From an uncultured delta proteobacterium (lineage in GTDB: Bacteria > Desulfobacterota > Binatia > Binatales > Binataceae): a stretch of DNA of 64,000 bases. The stretch spans positions 608,001 through 672,000 of the forward strand of contig CAVRVY010000001.1 in NCBI GenBank assembly GCA_963724765.1, given 5' to 3'. Shown in pieces: positions 54,695-64,000 of this stretch. The stretch's first letter is position 1. Every line of letters starts with the position of its first letter. Below the pieces are notes generated by a model, which was not told where the DNA came from, made no database searches, and was given only the letters and a program-made list of their open reading frames with translations. Both the position numbers and the translations under genes were made by a program.

Positions 54695-54719
54695 TGGTGG
54701 AGGCGGGGGGAATTGAACC
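54695..54719 (-). other. tmRNA (ssrA)-like 3' end fragment, probable att remnant
   Basis: Reverse complement reads GGTTCAATTCCCCCCGCCTCCACCA. Confidence 0.6.
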
Positions 54720-54753
54720 GCCCACGAGACCCGCACACTCCTACCCGGAAAGA

Positions 54754-54990
54754 CTATCGTCCGCGCGATTGCGTTGCGGCTTTCTTGATCAAGGTCGCAG
54801 CCTTCGCTGCATAATCGTCATTCTTGAAGCCGAATACCGCTGCATATCTGCGACCGACAACTTGGGCCATTAGAAAGCTTGCGCTAATGCCGGCATTGCC
54901 TATCGCTTTGGCGAGCGCATAGCCCAGTCCCTGCCGATTGTCGCCCTCGACAAGCAGCACCGGAACGGGTGACGGGGCGAACCCGGAGCT
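54754..54990 (-). pseudogene. ACT-domain protein C-terminal fragment
   Basis: VEGDNRQGLGYALAKAIGNAGIS..AVFGF ACT signature. Confidence 0.55.
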
Positions 54991-55340
54991 GTTAGCAGTG
55001 AGTGCTCTAAACCGACATTCCCGACGGTCAGCAAATCTCGGGAAATCCCGCACAACCGAATGAGGCCCCACACGCGAGCTATTTCGGCGCGTTGAGAGGC
55101 ACCGGAGATAGGGACTCGTTGGCCGAGCGGTGCGATTATAACCGTCGAGACGCCTCATTTCGCACATGCTTCCGCGCTCTCACGCGCATTTCTCCGGAGA
55201 GAAGTCTCGCAGGCAGAACGAGGTTGGCCGAAGGTCGTCGACTGTCAAGGTCAGCCCCGCTCCGGGGCCGTTTCCAAGGACTGGCTATAGCCCGCGAAAC
55301 GAGCAATGTGTGTGTCCACCCGGAGAAGGAGCGGGTACGG

Positions 55341-55817
55341 ATGAAATGCTCGTTATCGAACATCGAGGGCCTCTCGGCGCAAATCGAAAATCTCGGGAAC
55401 CTCGGCCCTGAAGACTTGGACCTAACCTGGCGTGATCTGTTCGGATCCGATCGACCGCGCAGGGTTTGCGGCGATCTGCTGATCAAAGCACTCGGGTATC
55501 GGTTGCAGGAAAATGCAATCGGCGGCCTCAAACCTTCCACTCGCCGCCTGCTCGAGCGCTGGGGCAGAAACGGGTCGGAGCGAGGCCCATTGGCTGAGCC
55601 AGCCAGAACTCGACTGAAGGCGGGAACCGTCCTGGTTCGGGAATGGCACGGAGTCACTCATCGTGTGACCGTGCTGGACGACGGCTTTGACTTCCACGGT
55701 GAACGGTTCCGCTCGCTTTCGGAGATAGCGCGAAAGATCACGGGTGTCCGCTGGTCCGGTCCGCTCTTCTTCGGTCTGAAATCGTCGGCCAAGGAGCAGC
55801 GCCATGGAGCAGAGTAA
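55341..55817 (+). CDS. DUF2924-family protein
   Basis: WRDLFG..LGYRLQE..GGL..GTVLVREWHGVTHRVTV..SLSEIARKITGVRWSGPLFFGL. AAGGAG upstream of ATG 55341. Confidence 0.9.
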   Translation: MKCSLSNIEGLSAQIENLGNLGPEDLDLTWRDLFGSDRPRRVCGDLLIKALGYRLQENAIGGLKPSTRRLLERWGRNGSERGPLAEPARTRLKAGTVLVREWHGVTHRVTVLDDGFDFHGERFRSLSEIARKITGVRWSGPLFFGLKSSAKEQRHGAE

Positions 55818-57498
55818 GCCCAGGATTCGGCGCTGCGCCGTCTACACCCGCAAATCATCAGAGGAAGGCCTCGAGCAAGAGTTCAACTCGCTGCATGCCC
55901 AGCGCGAGGCCTGCGAAGCCTTCATCAAAAGCCAAGCCGGCGAGGGCTGGCGTTTAGTCAGGAACCATTACGATGATGGCGGCCTCTCCGGCGCCACCAT
56001 GGAACGGCCAGCGCTGCGACGACTTATGGCCGATATCGATAAGGGGCTGGTTGATGCGGTCGTCGTTTACAAGGTTGACCGGCTCACGCGCTCGCTGGCG
56101 GATTTCGCCAAGATGGTCGAGGTCTTCGATGCCCGCGGCGTCTCGTTCGTCGCCGTGACCCAACAGTTCAATACCACCACTTCGATGGGCCGCCTTACAT
56201 TGAACGTCTTGCTCTCGTTCGCGCAGTTCGAACGGGAGGTGACCGGGGAGCGCATCCGCGACAAGATCGCCGCCTCTAAGCGCAAGGGCATCTGGATGGG
56301 CGGCCTAGTGCCGCTCGGGTACGAGGTACGCGACCGCCAGCTGGTCATAAACGAAGCCGAAGCCACGACCGTGAGACACATCTTCACGCTCTATTGTGAG
56401 CTCGGTAGCGTGCGGCTGCTCAAGAACGAACTCGACCGACTTGGCGTCCGCTCGAAGATCCGCGTCTCCAAAGATGGAGTCGAGTCGGGTGGTCAGGCGT
56501 TCTCACGCGGGGCGCTTTATACGTTGCTGAGAAACCCAATCTATGTGGGTGAGATCCGTCACAAGGGCGTCTGCCATCCGGGCCAGCATGTGCCCATAGT
56601 CAACCGTGCTATGTGGGAGAAGGTTGCGCAACTGCTGCGCGGGCACAGCACCGGTTGCGGCCCACGAAGCTCAAGTACGAAGTCATGTGTGCTCATTGGC
56701 AAACTCTTCGACGAGAGCGGTGAGGGCCTGACGCCGAGCCATGCGGTGAAAGGCGACCGCCGCTATCGCTACTACGTTTCGCGCAGCTTGATGAAGGGAC
56801 CCGCCGCTCGCGTGGATGGCGGCTGGCGCCTGCCCGCCGCAGAGATCGAGCGCAGCATCGCGGCCGGTGCCCAAAGCATTCTCGATGATCAGCAGACGGT
56901 GATTTCCGCAGTTGAAGAGGCCGGGCTCGACTCGAGCCGGATCGCTCCGCTTCTCAAATCGGTTGCAGTATGGAGTGCGCGTCTGCGGTTTGAGCAAGAT
57001 AATGCGCTGTCATCGCTAATCGACCGGGTCGACCTTGACCAGGAGGGCCTGCGGCTTTCGATCAGACTCCCGCTCTCCAACGCCGAGAGCGGAGCACCAG
57101 ATGGTTCGAGTCATCTTTTAATCAAGCGTCACGTACCCATGCAGATCAGGCGGCGAGGGGTTGAGCTTCGACTCGTAATCAACGGCGGGGCGAGAGCGTC
57201 TTGCAAAACCGATCAGTCGCTGCTCAGAGCGGTGGCGCGAGCACACTGCTGGTTCGACGATCTCGTGAGTGGCCAATGCGGATCGATGGTCGAGATCGCC
57301 AAGTGCAACGGAGTCGGCAAGCAATACGTCAGCCGGCTTATACGTCTGGCGTTTCTCGCACCCGAGATGGTGGAGCGGATTGCGGCAGGCCGCCAACCGC
57401 CTGAGCTTACCGCGCAAAGTTTGCAGGCCGGCCGTTTCGATATTCCAGTGGACTGGGCGGCGCAAAAGCGAGCCCTCGGATTTTCGCAGCCGGCCTGA
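55804..57498 (+). CDS. Large serine recombinase (resolvase + recombinase domains)
   Basis: CAVYTRKSSEEGL..QREAC..YDDGGLSG..RPAL..VYKVDRLTRS..FAQFERE..NPIYVGEI. Overlaps the DUF2924 stop. Confidence 0.94.
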   Translation: MEQSKPRIRRCAVYTRKSSEEGLEQEFNSLHAQREACEAFIKSQAGEGWRLVRNHYDDGGLSGATMERPALRRLMADIDKGLVDAVVVYKVDRLTRSLADFAKMVEVFDARGVSFVAVTQQFNTTTSMGRLTLNVLLSFAQFEREVTGERIRDKIAASKRKGIWMGGLVPLGYEVRDRQLVINEAEATTVRHIFTLYCELGSVRLLKNELDRLGVRSKIRVSKDGVESGGQAFSRGALYTLLRNPIYVGEIRHKGVCHPGQHVPIVNRAMWEKVAQLLRGHSTGCGPRSSSTKSCVLIGKLFDESGEGLTPSHAVKGDRRYRYYVSRSLMKGPAARVDGGWRLPAAEIERSIAAGAQSILDDQQTVISAVEEAGLDSSRIAPLLKSVAVWSARLRFEQDNALSSLIDRVDLDQEGLRLSIRLPLSNAESGAPDGSSHLLIKRHVPMQIRRRGVELRLVINGGARASCKTDQSLLRAVARAHCWFDDLVSGQCGSMVEIAKCNGVGKQYVSRLIRLAFLAPEMVERIAAGRQPPELTAQSLQAGRFDIPVDWAAQKRALGFSQPA

Positions 57499-57730
57499 AC
57501 CCGCGCCTATCAACAGCGGACCGGCAACAACCCTTCTTTTGTTCAAAGTAAAAGCGCCGAATCCATCACGCTAAGTCCACCGCCAAAAGTGCAAACAGAG
57601 AGAAATCTTCAAAACTCGCGTTTGAACCCCGGCGAGACCGGTTCTCCGGTGGACTTTAGGTGCCGGATTCCGGCCAAATGCGCCTTTTTTCACGCAGGTG
57701 ATGAGAGAATCCCGAAAACTGAAGACTCGC

Positions 57731-57754
57731 TGGCGGAGCGGGTGGGATTCGAAC
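57731..57754 (-). other. tRNA-Ser-like 3' end fragment at the recombinase element terminus
   Basis: Reverse complement reads GTTCGAATCCCACCCGCTCCGCCA. Confidence 0.7.
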
Positions 57755-58065
57755 TGACAGGCGACTTTGTAGTCGATCAGTAAGCCAGTTGAACACGTCA
57801 AACAGACGTCGCTAGCAGACGTTGCCAGAAAGCCTACAAATCCTTCGGGTTGCGACTCATGCTGGTAGCCGCGCGGTAGCGGCGCCGACTGGCTGCGCGC
57901 GGCGGAGATCCGGCGCTTCCTTATCCAGTGAGAGGGACCACAGCGGAAGTGTGCCTGGCCGAACACGATTACGTGATCGAGGCATTCGCGACGAATCGAT
58001 CCAATGACCCGCTCAGCATGGCCGTTCTGCCATCCTCGCCTGAATCGGTGAACGACGAGGCGTTC

Positions 58066-59125
58066 TCAGCTTTCCATGTCGGGCCGATACTCCTTTGGCC
58101 CAAGTCCGAATGTCCACGCGACGGCTTGGTGCGCGGTCCGCACCGTGGGCGGCACACACAAAAAATATCGGCGGCGGCTGCCATCCGGCTCAGGTGTGCC
58201 GTTGAGCACTTCGACCAGAGCTATGGGCTCGGTCCAGTGCGGATCCAGGCGGTAAAGACGCCCGAAGCGATCGGCTTGGACGGGCTTGAGCCTCGCCTTC
58301 CGGACAAAGCGCTCATAGCCCAACCGCTCCAGCATCGCGCGCCGGATGGCGAGGTCCGGCTCGCGGACGATCTCCTCGACGCTCAGGCTCCGTGGATTTG
58401 TCACCAGCCTCTCGGGTACGCGCACGCCGTGAATCGCCCAGATCGCCCACCCGTCAGGATAAGCAAGCGCGGGTCCGCGCTCACAATGAAGGCGATTCTC
58501 AGGATCGCGCTCTAAGATAGATGGTGCTGAAGTAACGATGGCGACGCTGCCGAAGGACCACCACCAGCCGGCGCCAGCGCGCGCCAGTTCCATCCACTGA
58601 AGCACTGGCGATAATTCCCTCAATGCCGATGCGTGAGAAAAAGTCGCAACTGGCAAGCCACGGCGCATCGTGCAAACCGAATGCGGCATCGCCGAGGTTA
58701 AAAAATAAGTGCGGGAGCTCGCTTAGCAGGCGCGCCTGAATCTGATCGCGCAGCTGACGTCGAACCTGTTGCCGGACTTCCTGGTGGATGCGGGCCCGCA
58801 CCTCATCGCGCACCCTAGCTCGTACAGCACGGGAGACCTGCTGCCGCACGCGCCTTCTGACTGCATCCCGGAGGTGATGAGGCTTGAACATAACCCCCGC
58901 AGTCGTGCTGGCGGCTGCAAGCAGCCCTTCGTGGGGAGAATCAAAGGTGATAACTGAGTCCGGAGGTTGAAAACCGAGCGCAGAGTATAGTTCGGGCACG
59001 ATCCGCCTCACCGCCGGCCACTCCGTGCGTGTTGCGAGGCCGACCCGAAGCCACTCCTCGCGCACGACCGCCAGGAGCGCCAGCTGCTCCCCCGTCAGCG
59101 ATTTGAGTTTCTTTCTAATCCACAA
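58066..59125 (-). pseudogene. DUF6745-domain protein, frameshifted near 58600
   Basis: LTGEQLALLAVVREEWLRVGL..GLHDAPWLA / GWWWSF..RLHCERGPALAYPDGW..HGVRVP..NGTPEPDGSRRRYFLCVPP..AVAWTFGL. Confidence 0.8.
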
Positions 59126-59438
59126 CGTAGCGATCCTGTCGCGGTTCGTATTCGCGTTGCCTGATGACCTCATAGACGCCTTTGGGCAGGCTTATGGGTG
59201 AGTGTTCCTGATGCTCCAGCAGGCCCTGCTCGTCGAGGAGCAGGTAGCAGACTCCGGGTCTAGAACCCTCGAACAATCGTCCCACCCGCGCATCGATTGA
59301 ATGGTTGTGGCCGGTCGCCTCGCCCCGCGCGAGGATGATGCGTTCGTTCTCAGCAGCGAGCTCGCCGCCGCGGCGGGCGAAATCCCTCGGACCAACCTCA
59401 CGGATCAGCACGTCTCCCTGCCTGTAGATCCTGCGCAT
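59115..59438 (-). CDS. Conserved small His-motif protein partnering DUF6745
   Basis: YRQGDVLI..LARGEATGHNH..LEHQEHSPISLPKGVYEVIRQREY. AAGGAG RBS before ATG 59438. Confidence 0.8.
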   Translation of the reverse strand: MRRIYRQGDVLIREVGPRDFARRGGELAAENERIILARGEATGHNHSIDARVGRLFEGSRPGVCYLLLDEQGLLEHQEHSPISLPKGVYEVIRQREYEPRQDRYVVD

Positions 59439-59993
59439 ACGATCTCTCCTTCCGTATTCTTGTGGCGCTCCCAAAATTTTCTGACATTTTCGCTTGTCAT
59501 CGGATCGACGGTGAGCCAGGCAACTACGTATCCTGATCTGCTTAAGCCCACAAATTTCAGCCTGTCCGCGCCGCCCTTCGCCGCGGTGGAAACCGAACAG
59601 ATACGTTGACCGACCAGTGACAGAACTCATCAGCTCTGCCCCGTCCAGCTCGAGCGGGGTCTCACTGAAGGAGCGGTAGTTGAGGGTGCGGATCGATATC
59701 GCTTCCACGCTGGAGCAAGCCCGCCCAAGACCCCGCCACTCCGCGGCCTCTCGTTCACGGAGCACGCGCTGGCGCGCGGACCGTAGCCGAAGGCGCCGCT
59801 TGGCCATATCGCAATCTGAATGAACGCGTGGGACGGCGGCGCGGCCCTTGGACAAAGGGACGACACCTCGCCTGTGGTTTATCTGCCCACACGCCGCTGC
59901 CAGTCGTTGAGCGGCTCCATTGATGGTGGGAAGCGTCGGCACTTCTTGCCCCCCGTGAGCCCGCCGGTTTATTAGTGAGGAATGATGACCTTC

Positions 59994-61079
59994 TATTAAG
60001 TTCTGTATAATATAGTGACAAATGCTCTGGTCGGTGCTAATATGTGGCGCATGGGTAATCCAGCGGGTGTGCGGCGGGATTTCGCTGCGTTGGAAGAGCG
60101 GCGGATGGAGGCGGCGCGATTACTGCGACAAGGGCTTAGCCAGTCCGAGGTCGCGCGAGAGTTGGGCGTACACCGCCAGTCGGTTAGCCGCTGGGCGCGG
60201 GAACTTGGAGCATCGGGAGTGCGCGGCCTGCGCAAGGCCGGACGCACCGGGCGTCCAGCGAAGCTCATCCCGGCCCAGTTGCGCGACCTCGAGCGCGCAC
60301 TCAAGCGCGGACCCGAGGCGTTCGGATTTGCCAGCGGACTGTGGACCGCGAGTCGGGTGCGCGATCTCATCGAGTACCGGACCGGGGTGCGATACCACGA
60401 GGACCACGTCTGGCGCATCCTGCGCAAGCTTAACTGGACCTGCCAGCGTCCCACTGGAAAAGCGCTCGAGCGCGACGAGCAGGCAATCCGGCAGTGGAAG
60501 AAGTACCGCTGGCCGCAGATTAAAAAAAAGCGCTCTGCGAGCGGCGCACCATCGTGTTCATCGACGAAAGCGGACTGAGCGAACGGCCGCATCGGGTGCG
60601 GACCTGGGCGCCGCGCGGGCAGACTCCGGTGCTGCAGTATCACTTCAACTGGAAGGTGCTGTCGGCCACAGCCGGCATCACCTGGTGGAACTTTTACTTC
60701 CGGCTCTATCCCACAACCATCCGCGCCCCTCAGGTGGTGGACTTCCTCGGCCACCTGTTGCGTCATCTGCCGGGGAAGCTGTTGGTGGTGTGGGACGGAC
60801 TGCCGGCGCATCGGGCGCGCTTGGTAACCGAATTTATCCGCGCGCAGCGTGGCCGGCTGGCGCTCGAGTGGCTGCCGGGTTACGCGCCGGAACTCAACCC
60901 GGTGGAGTACATCTGGGGTTACTGGAAACACCACGAACTGCCCAACTTCTGTCCCCGCGATTTCACCCAGCTCAGCCATCAGGCCCGCCGCGCGCTGCGC
61001 CGCATGCGTCGGCGCCCACGCTTGGTGAGATCCTTCTGGCATCAAGCAAAACTGTCACTATAAAATGCAGGACTTAATA
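59994..61079 (+). mobile_element. IS630-family element, two ORFs joined by -1 frameshift
   Basis: IRs TATTAAGTTCTGTATAATATAGTGACA and TGTCACTATAAAATGCAGGACTTAATA. orfA 60051-60578 (HTH), A8 run at 60522-60529, orfB FIDESG..VWDG..APELNPVE ending 61063. Confidence 0.92.
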
Positions 61080-61266
61080 ATACTCCTTTAAACTGCACTG
61101 TCAAACATGCTGACGCCAACCAGAACTCGCCGCATGAATCATTCCTTCCTTGGTCTTCAGCTAAGCATGAAGGGCGCTGATTTGAAGCGTAGGATTGGCA
61201 ACAAAGCGATGGCGTTTTGCGTAGCAGGGCGCATTTCCGGTAAGTGCGGATGTCGAGGTGTCAACG

Positions 61267-62496
61267 ATGGGGTCATTGCTCATTCACGATTGCACACTAA
61301 TCGATTGCACCGGACGCGACCCGCGGACGCACGCCTGGGTGCGTGTCGAGGGCGAGCGCATCGCTGGCATCGGCAGCGGCGCTCCACCGCAGGTTGATGG
61401 CGTCATCGAAATCGAAGCGGCCGGACGCGTGTTGATGCCCGGACTGATCGATGCGCACGCGCATCTGAGCATCATCGGCAACATCACCGAGCAGAGCCGC
61501 GGATCGCTGCCGGTTCGCTTCCTCAAGATCGCCCGCGAGATTGAGGAAACGCTGGCTGACGGCTTTACCACCGTGCGCGACGCCGGCGGCCTGGATTGGG
61601 GCTACAAGGAGGCGATTCGACAAGGCCTGCTGCATGGTCCGCGGCTCTTCGTCAGCAACGGTGTGCTCTCACAGACGGGCGGCCATGGCGACCTGCGTCC
61701 ACGCACGATGGCGGATCCGGAATCGCAGACGCCGGGCCTCTGGTCGATCGGGATTGTTGTTGACGGTCCCGACCATGTGCGCTGGGGCGCCCGAGAGATG
61801 CTCCGGCGCGGCGCCGATCAGATCAAGGTGATGGCGAACGGCGGATGCGTTTCGCCGACTGACGAGCTTACCTCGGTTCAGTTCACGGTTGCGGAATTGC
61901 GCGCCGCGGTCGAGGAAGCGGCGGCGCAAGGTAAATACGTGATGGCCCACACCTACACCGCCGCGAGCATGACGAACTGCCTCGACGCCGGGGTGCGCAC
62001 ACTGGAACACGGAAATTTCATCTCGAGTGAGGTCGCCGAACGAATGGCGCGGGGTGGAACGTTCCTGGTGCCGACGATCGCGACTTACGAATTGCTCGCC
62101 GCCGATGGGCGCTCGCTCGGCTATCCCGAATACGTGATTCAAAAGATCGAACACGCGTTGAAGGGCGCCTATGAGGCCCTCTCAATCGCGCGCCAGGCCG
62201 GCGTCAGGATTGGCTCGGGTTCCGACGTCCTGGGCGCGCAGCAGCGCAAGAAGGCCTTTGAACTGGGATACAAGGGCAAAGTCATGTCGCCGATGGAAGT
62301 GCTGATCGCGACGACGATGACCAACGCCGAGATCGTTGGTGCGCAGAACGACCTCGGCAGCATCGAGACCGGAAAGTTGGCCGATCTGCTGTTGGTCGAT
62401 GGCAACCCACTGGACGACCTGTCGGTCCTCGCGGACCGCGCGCGCATCCACATGGTGATCCAGGGCGGAACAATCGTCGCCGACCGCCGCCCGTGA
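61267..62496 (+). CDS. Metal-dependent amidohydrolase (Xaa-Pro dipeptidase-like subgroup)
   Basis: MPGLIDAHAH, GFTTVRDAGG, QTGGHGD, IKVMANGG, MAH, EHG, GSD, GSIETGKLADL. Confidence 0.92.
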   Translation: MGSLLIHDCTLIDCTGRDPRTHAWVRVEGERIAGIGSGAPPQVDGVIEIEAAGRVLMPGLIDAHAHLSIIGNITEQSRGSLPVRFLKIAREIEETLADGFTTVRDAGGLDWGYKEAIRQGLLHGPRLFVSNGVLSQTGGHGDLRPRTMADPESQTPGLWSIGIVVDGPDHVRWGAREMLRRGADQIKVMANGGCVSPTDELTSVQFTVAELRAAVEEAAAQGKYVMAHTYTAASMTNCLDAGVRTLEHGNFISSEVAERMARGGTFLVPTIATYELLAADGRSLGYPEYVIQKIEHALKGAYEALSIARQAGVRIGSGSDVLGAQQRKKAFELGYKGKVMSPMEVLIATTMTNAEIVGAQNDLGSIETGKLADLLLVDGNPLDDLSVLADRARIHMVIQGGTIVADRRP

Positions 62497-62755
62497 AGCC
62501 TGCGGATAGCAGAGTGGTCGTCCACATACTGGACGCTCTGGCGCGCTGAACAGGACTTCGGACCGCGAAGCGCGTTCGCGGCAGCGCGTGCCACTCACTG
62601 GAATACTTGGGGCGGGGCCCGGCGCTAAGCGGCGTGCTTTTTGAGGAGAGCGCAACGATCGCATGTATCGAGTACGGTGTTAGGCCCGCGATGGGAAGGC
62701 ACGCTCGGAGAAGCCTTCGCGGCGTTGGTCTCCGAGATTCAGGCGATCGATGGCT

Positions 62756-63508
62756 TCATCTCCATGGACGACTTTCAGAGCCAGACGCGGCCCCAGCCGG
62801 GAGAATTTTAGATTCGTGCATGCCGACATAGAGGCCTCGGCCCATCAAGCCCTCAGAGTCGTACCGCACTTCCATACCGTTAAACTCGAACGCCCACGTC
62901 ATCTCGTCGCGCGTGAACAAACCCAATTCGATACGCTCGCTGCAGTGCTCGACGCTATCCGGCTTGCTTCGCAGGTAGTCATACAGGAGAAGCGACAGCT
63001 GTCCTTCCCTGAGGCTGATGCTCCTGCGGAATACCTTGTCGGCTCCGACCTCGCCAGCGAGGATGAACGGCCTGGCGGGACGCCACTGCTCGGGGGTGAA
63101 CCATGGCTCGATGATCAACGCACCGCCGGGTCTTACATGACGCACCATGCAGGCGATCGCACGCTCGAGGCGCTCGAAGGTCTTGACGATACCGATCGCG
63201 CTGAACAGACAGGTGACCACGTCGTAAATGCGCCCGAGATCGAAGTCCATCATGTCGGCACGGGTATAGTTGCCCGAGGGGTTCTTCAGCCGCGCAGCGA
63301 GTAGATAGTTCTCGTTGATGTCGATGCCGTCGACCGCGTAGTGGTGCTTGAGGAATTTCGCGTGCGTGCCGGTGCCGCACGCAACATCGAGGATCGTGCG
63401 CGCGCCAGGTACAACCTCATTGATCAGGCTGCGCAGGCGGTCACATTCACGCGCGTAATCCTTGAAATGATAGATCGCGTCGTAAAGCTCCGGGCTGTCT
63501 ATGAACAT
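62756..63508 (-). CDS. Class I SAM-dependent methyltransferase (TylM1/DesVI-like)
   Basis: ELYDAIYHFKDY, LDVACGTGTH, YDVVTCLFSAIG, PGGALIIEPWF, GRGLYVG. Confidence 0.9.
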   Translation of the reverse strand: MFIDSPELYDAIYHFKDYARECDRLRSLINEVVPGARTILDVACGTGTHAKFLKHHYAVDGIDINENYLLAARLKNPSGNYTRADMMDFDLGRIYDVVTCLFSAIGIVKTFERLERAIACMVRHVRPGGALIIEPWFTPEQWRPARPFILAGEVGADKVFRRSISLREGQLSLLLYDYLRSKPDSVEHCSERIELGLFTRDEMTWAFEFNGMEVRYDSEGLMGRGLYVGMHESKILPAGAASGSESRPWR

Positions 63509-63589
63509 GTGGGTACGCGGCACGTGTTTGCACCCTCATCCTGACGTCGTTTGATCAGTGAAGAGAGTAAATCAGGTGACAGGTGACGC

Positions 63590-63900
63590 GTACAACTCGC
63601 CCCAGGAACCTGCGCAAGAGACCCAGCCTTTCGCCGCCAGGGCTTGGACGCGGAAATGACTTTGCGGATCTCTTGCTCAACCGCAGCAAGCTGTTCCTTG
63701 AGCGCTCGCAGGTGCGCGTTGATCAATGTGCGTCTTGGGTGCGCGATCTCTCCGGTTCGATTCGGCGGTCATTATCTCGATCAACTGACGATGGCGGGTG
63801 AACAGCGCGGAGAGTTCGCGGGAAGCGGCGTCGGGCAATGGTCGCGGCTCCGGCCGCATCACCTCGGCAAAGTGCGCCAGCACTTCCGCGTCGATCCCGT
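63590..63900 (-). mobile_element. IS110-family transposase internal fragment
   Basis: IDAEVLAHFAEVMRPEPRPLPD..RHRQLIEIMTAESNR / HLRALKEQLAAVEQEI..QVPG. Confidence 0.7.
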
Positions 63901-64000
63901 CAACCTGCGGCTTGCCAGAGCAAATCGCCTTCCGGTCCTCGACCCGGTTTCTCGGGGGACGCTGCCCGGGTCGCGGAGATCGACCCGATTAGCCTTCGCA

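Noticed and set aside
59439-59942. Long N-terminal extension of the DUF6745 partner
   Set aside because: The conserved sequence and RBS start at 59438, and the upstream part is low-information.

Overview
A GC-rich bacterial accessory region, heavily scarred by mobile elements. The gene repertoire (DUF1302/DUF1329/MMPL, several luciferase-like monooxygenases, CaiB pairs) is reminiscent of Candidatus Binatia or Deltaproteobacteria-like soil bacteria, but this is inference only. It holds about 20 IS copies or remnants (IS5, IS630, IS3, IS256, IS21, IS110/IS1111, IS1380, rve-type), one MITE, DUF2924/large-serine-recombinase elements ending in tRNA-like 3' ends, att-like fragments of tRNA-Thr and tmRNA, and a prophage relic (ParB-methyltransferase plus TerS-like gene). 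In the middle is an intact, lower-GC, sigma54-controlled cluster (16.9-30.9 kb): GAF-type activator, luciferase-like monooxygenase, DUF6616-like protein, DUF1302, SnoaL-like protein, DUF1329, MMPL/RND transporter, small and large N,N-dimethylformamidase-like subunits, and a Cys-less cupredoxin. A divergent pair of class III CoA-transferases lies upstream. The two strongest leads are (1) an IS1111-type IS110 element whose non-coding end carries readable guide segments matching its own insertion site in an IS3 transposase gene, and (2) the DMFase-like import/catabolism operon of unknown substrate. All family assignments come from motif recognition by eye; no database searches were run.
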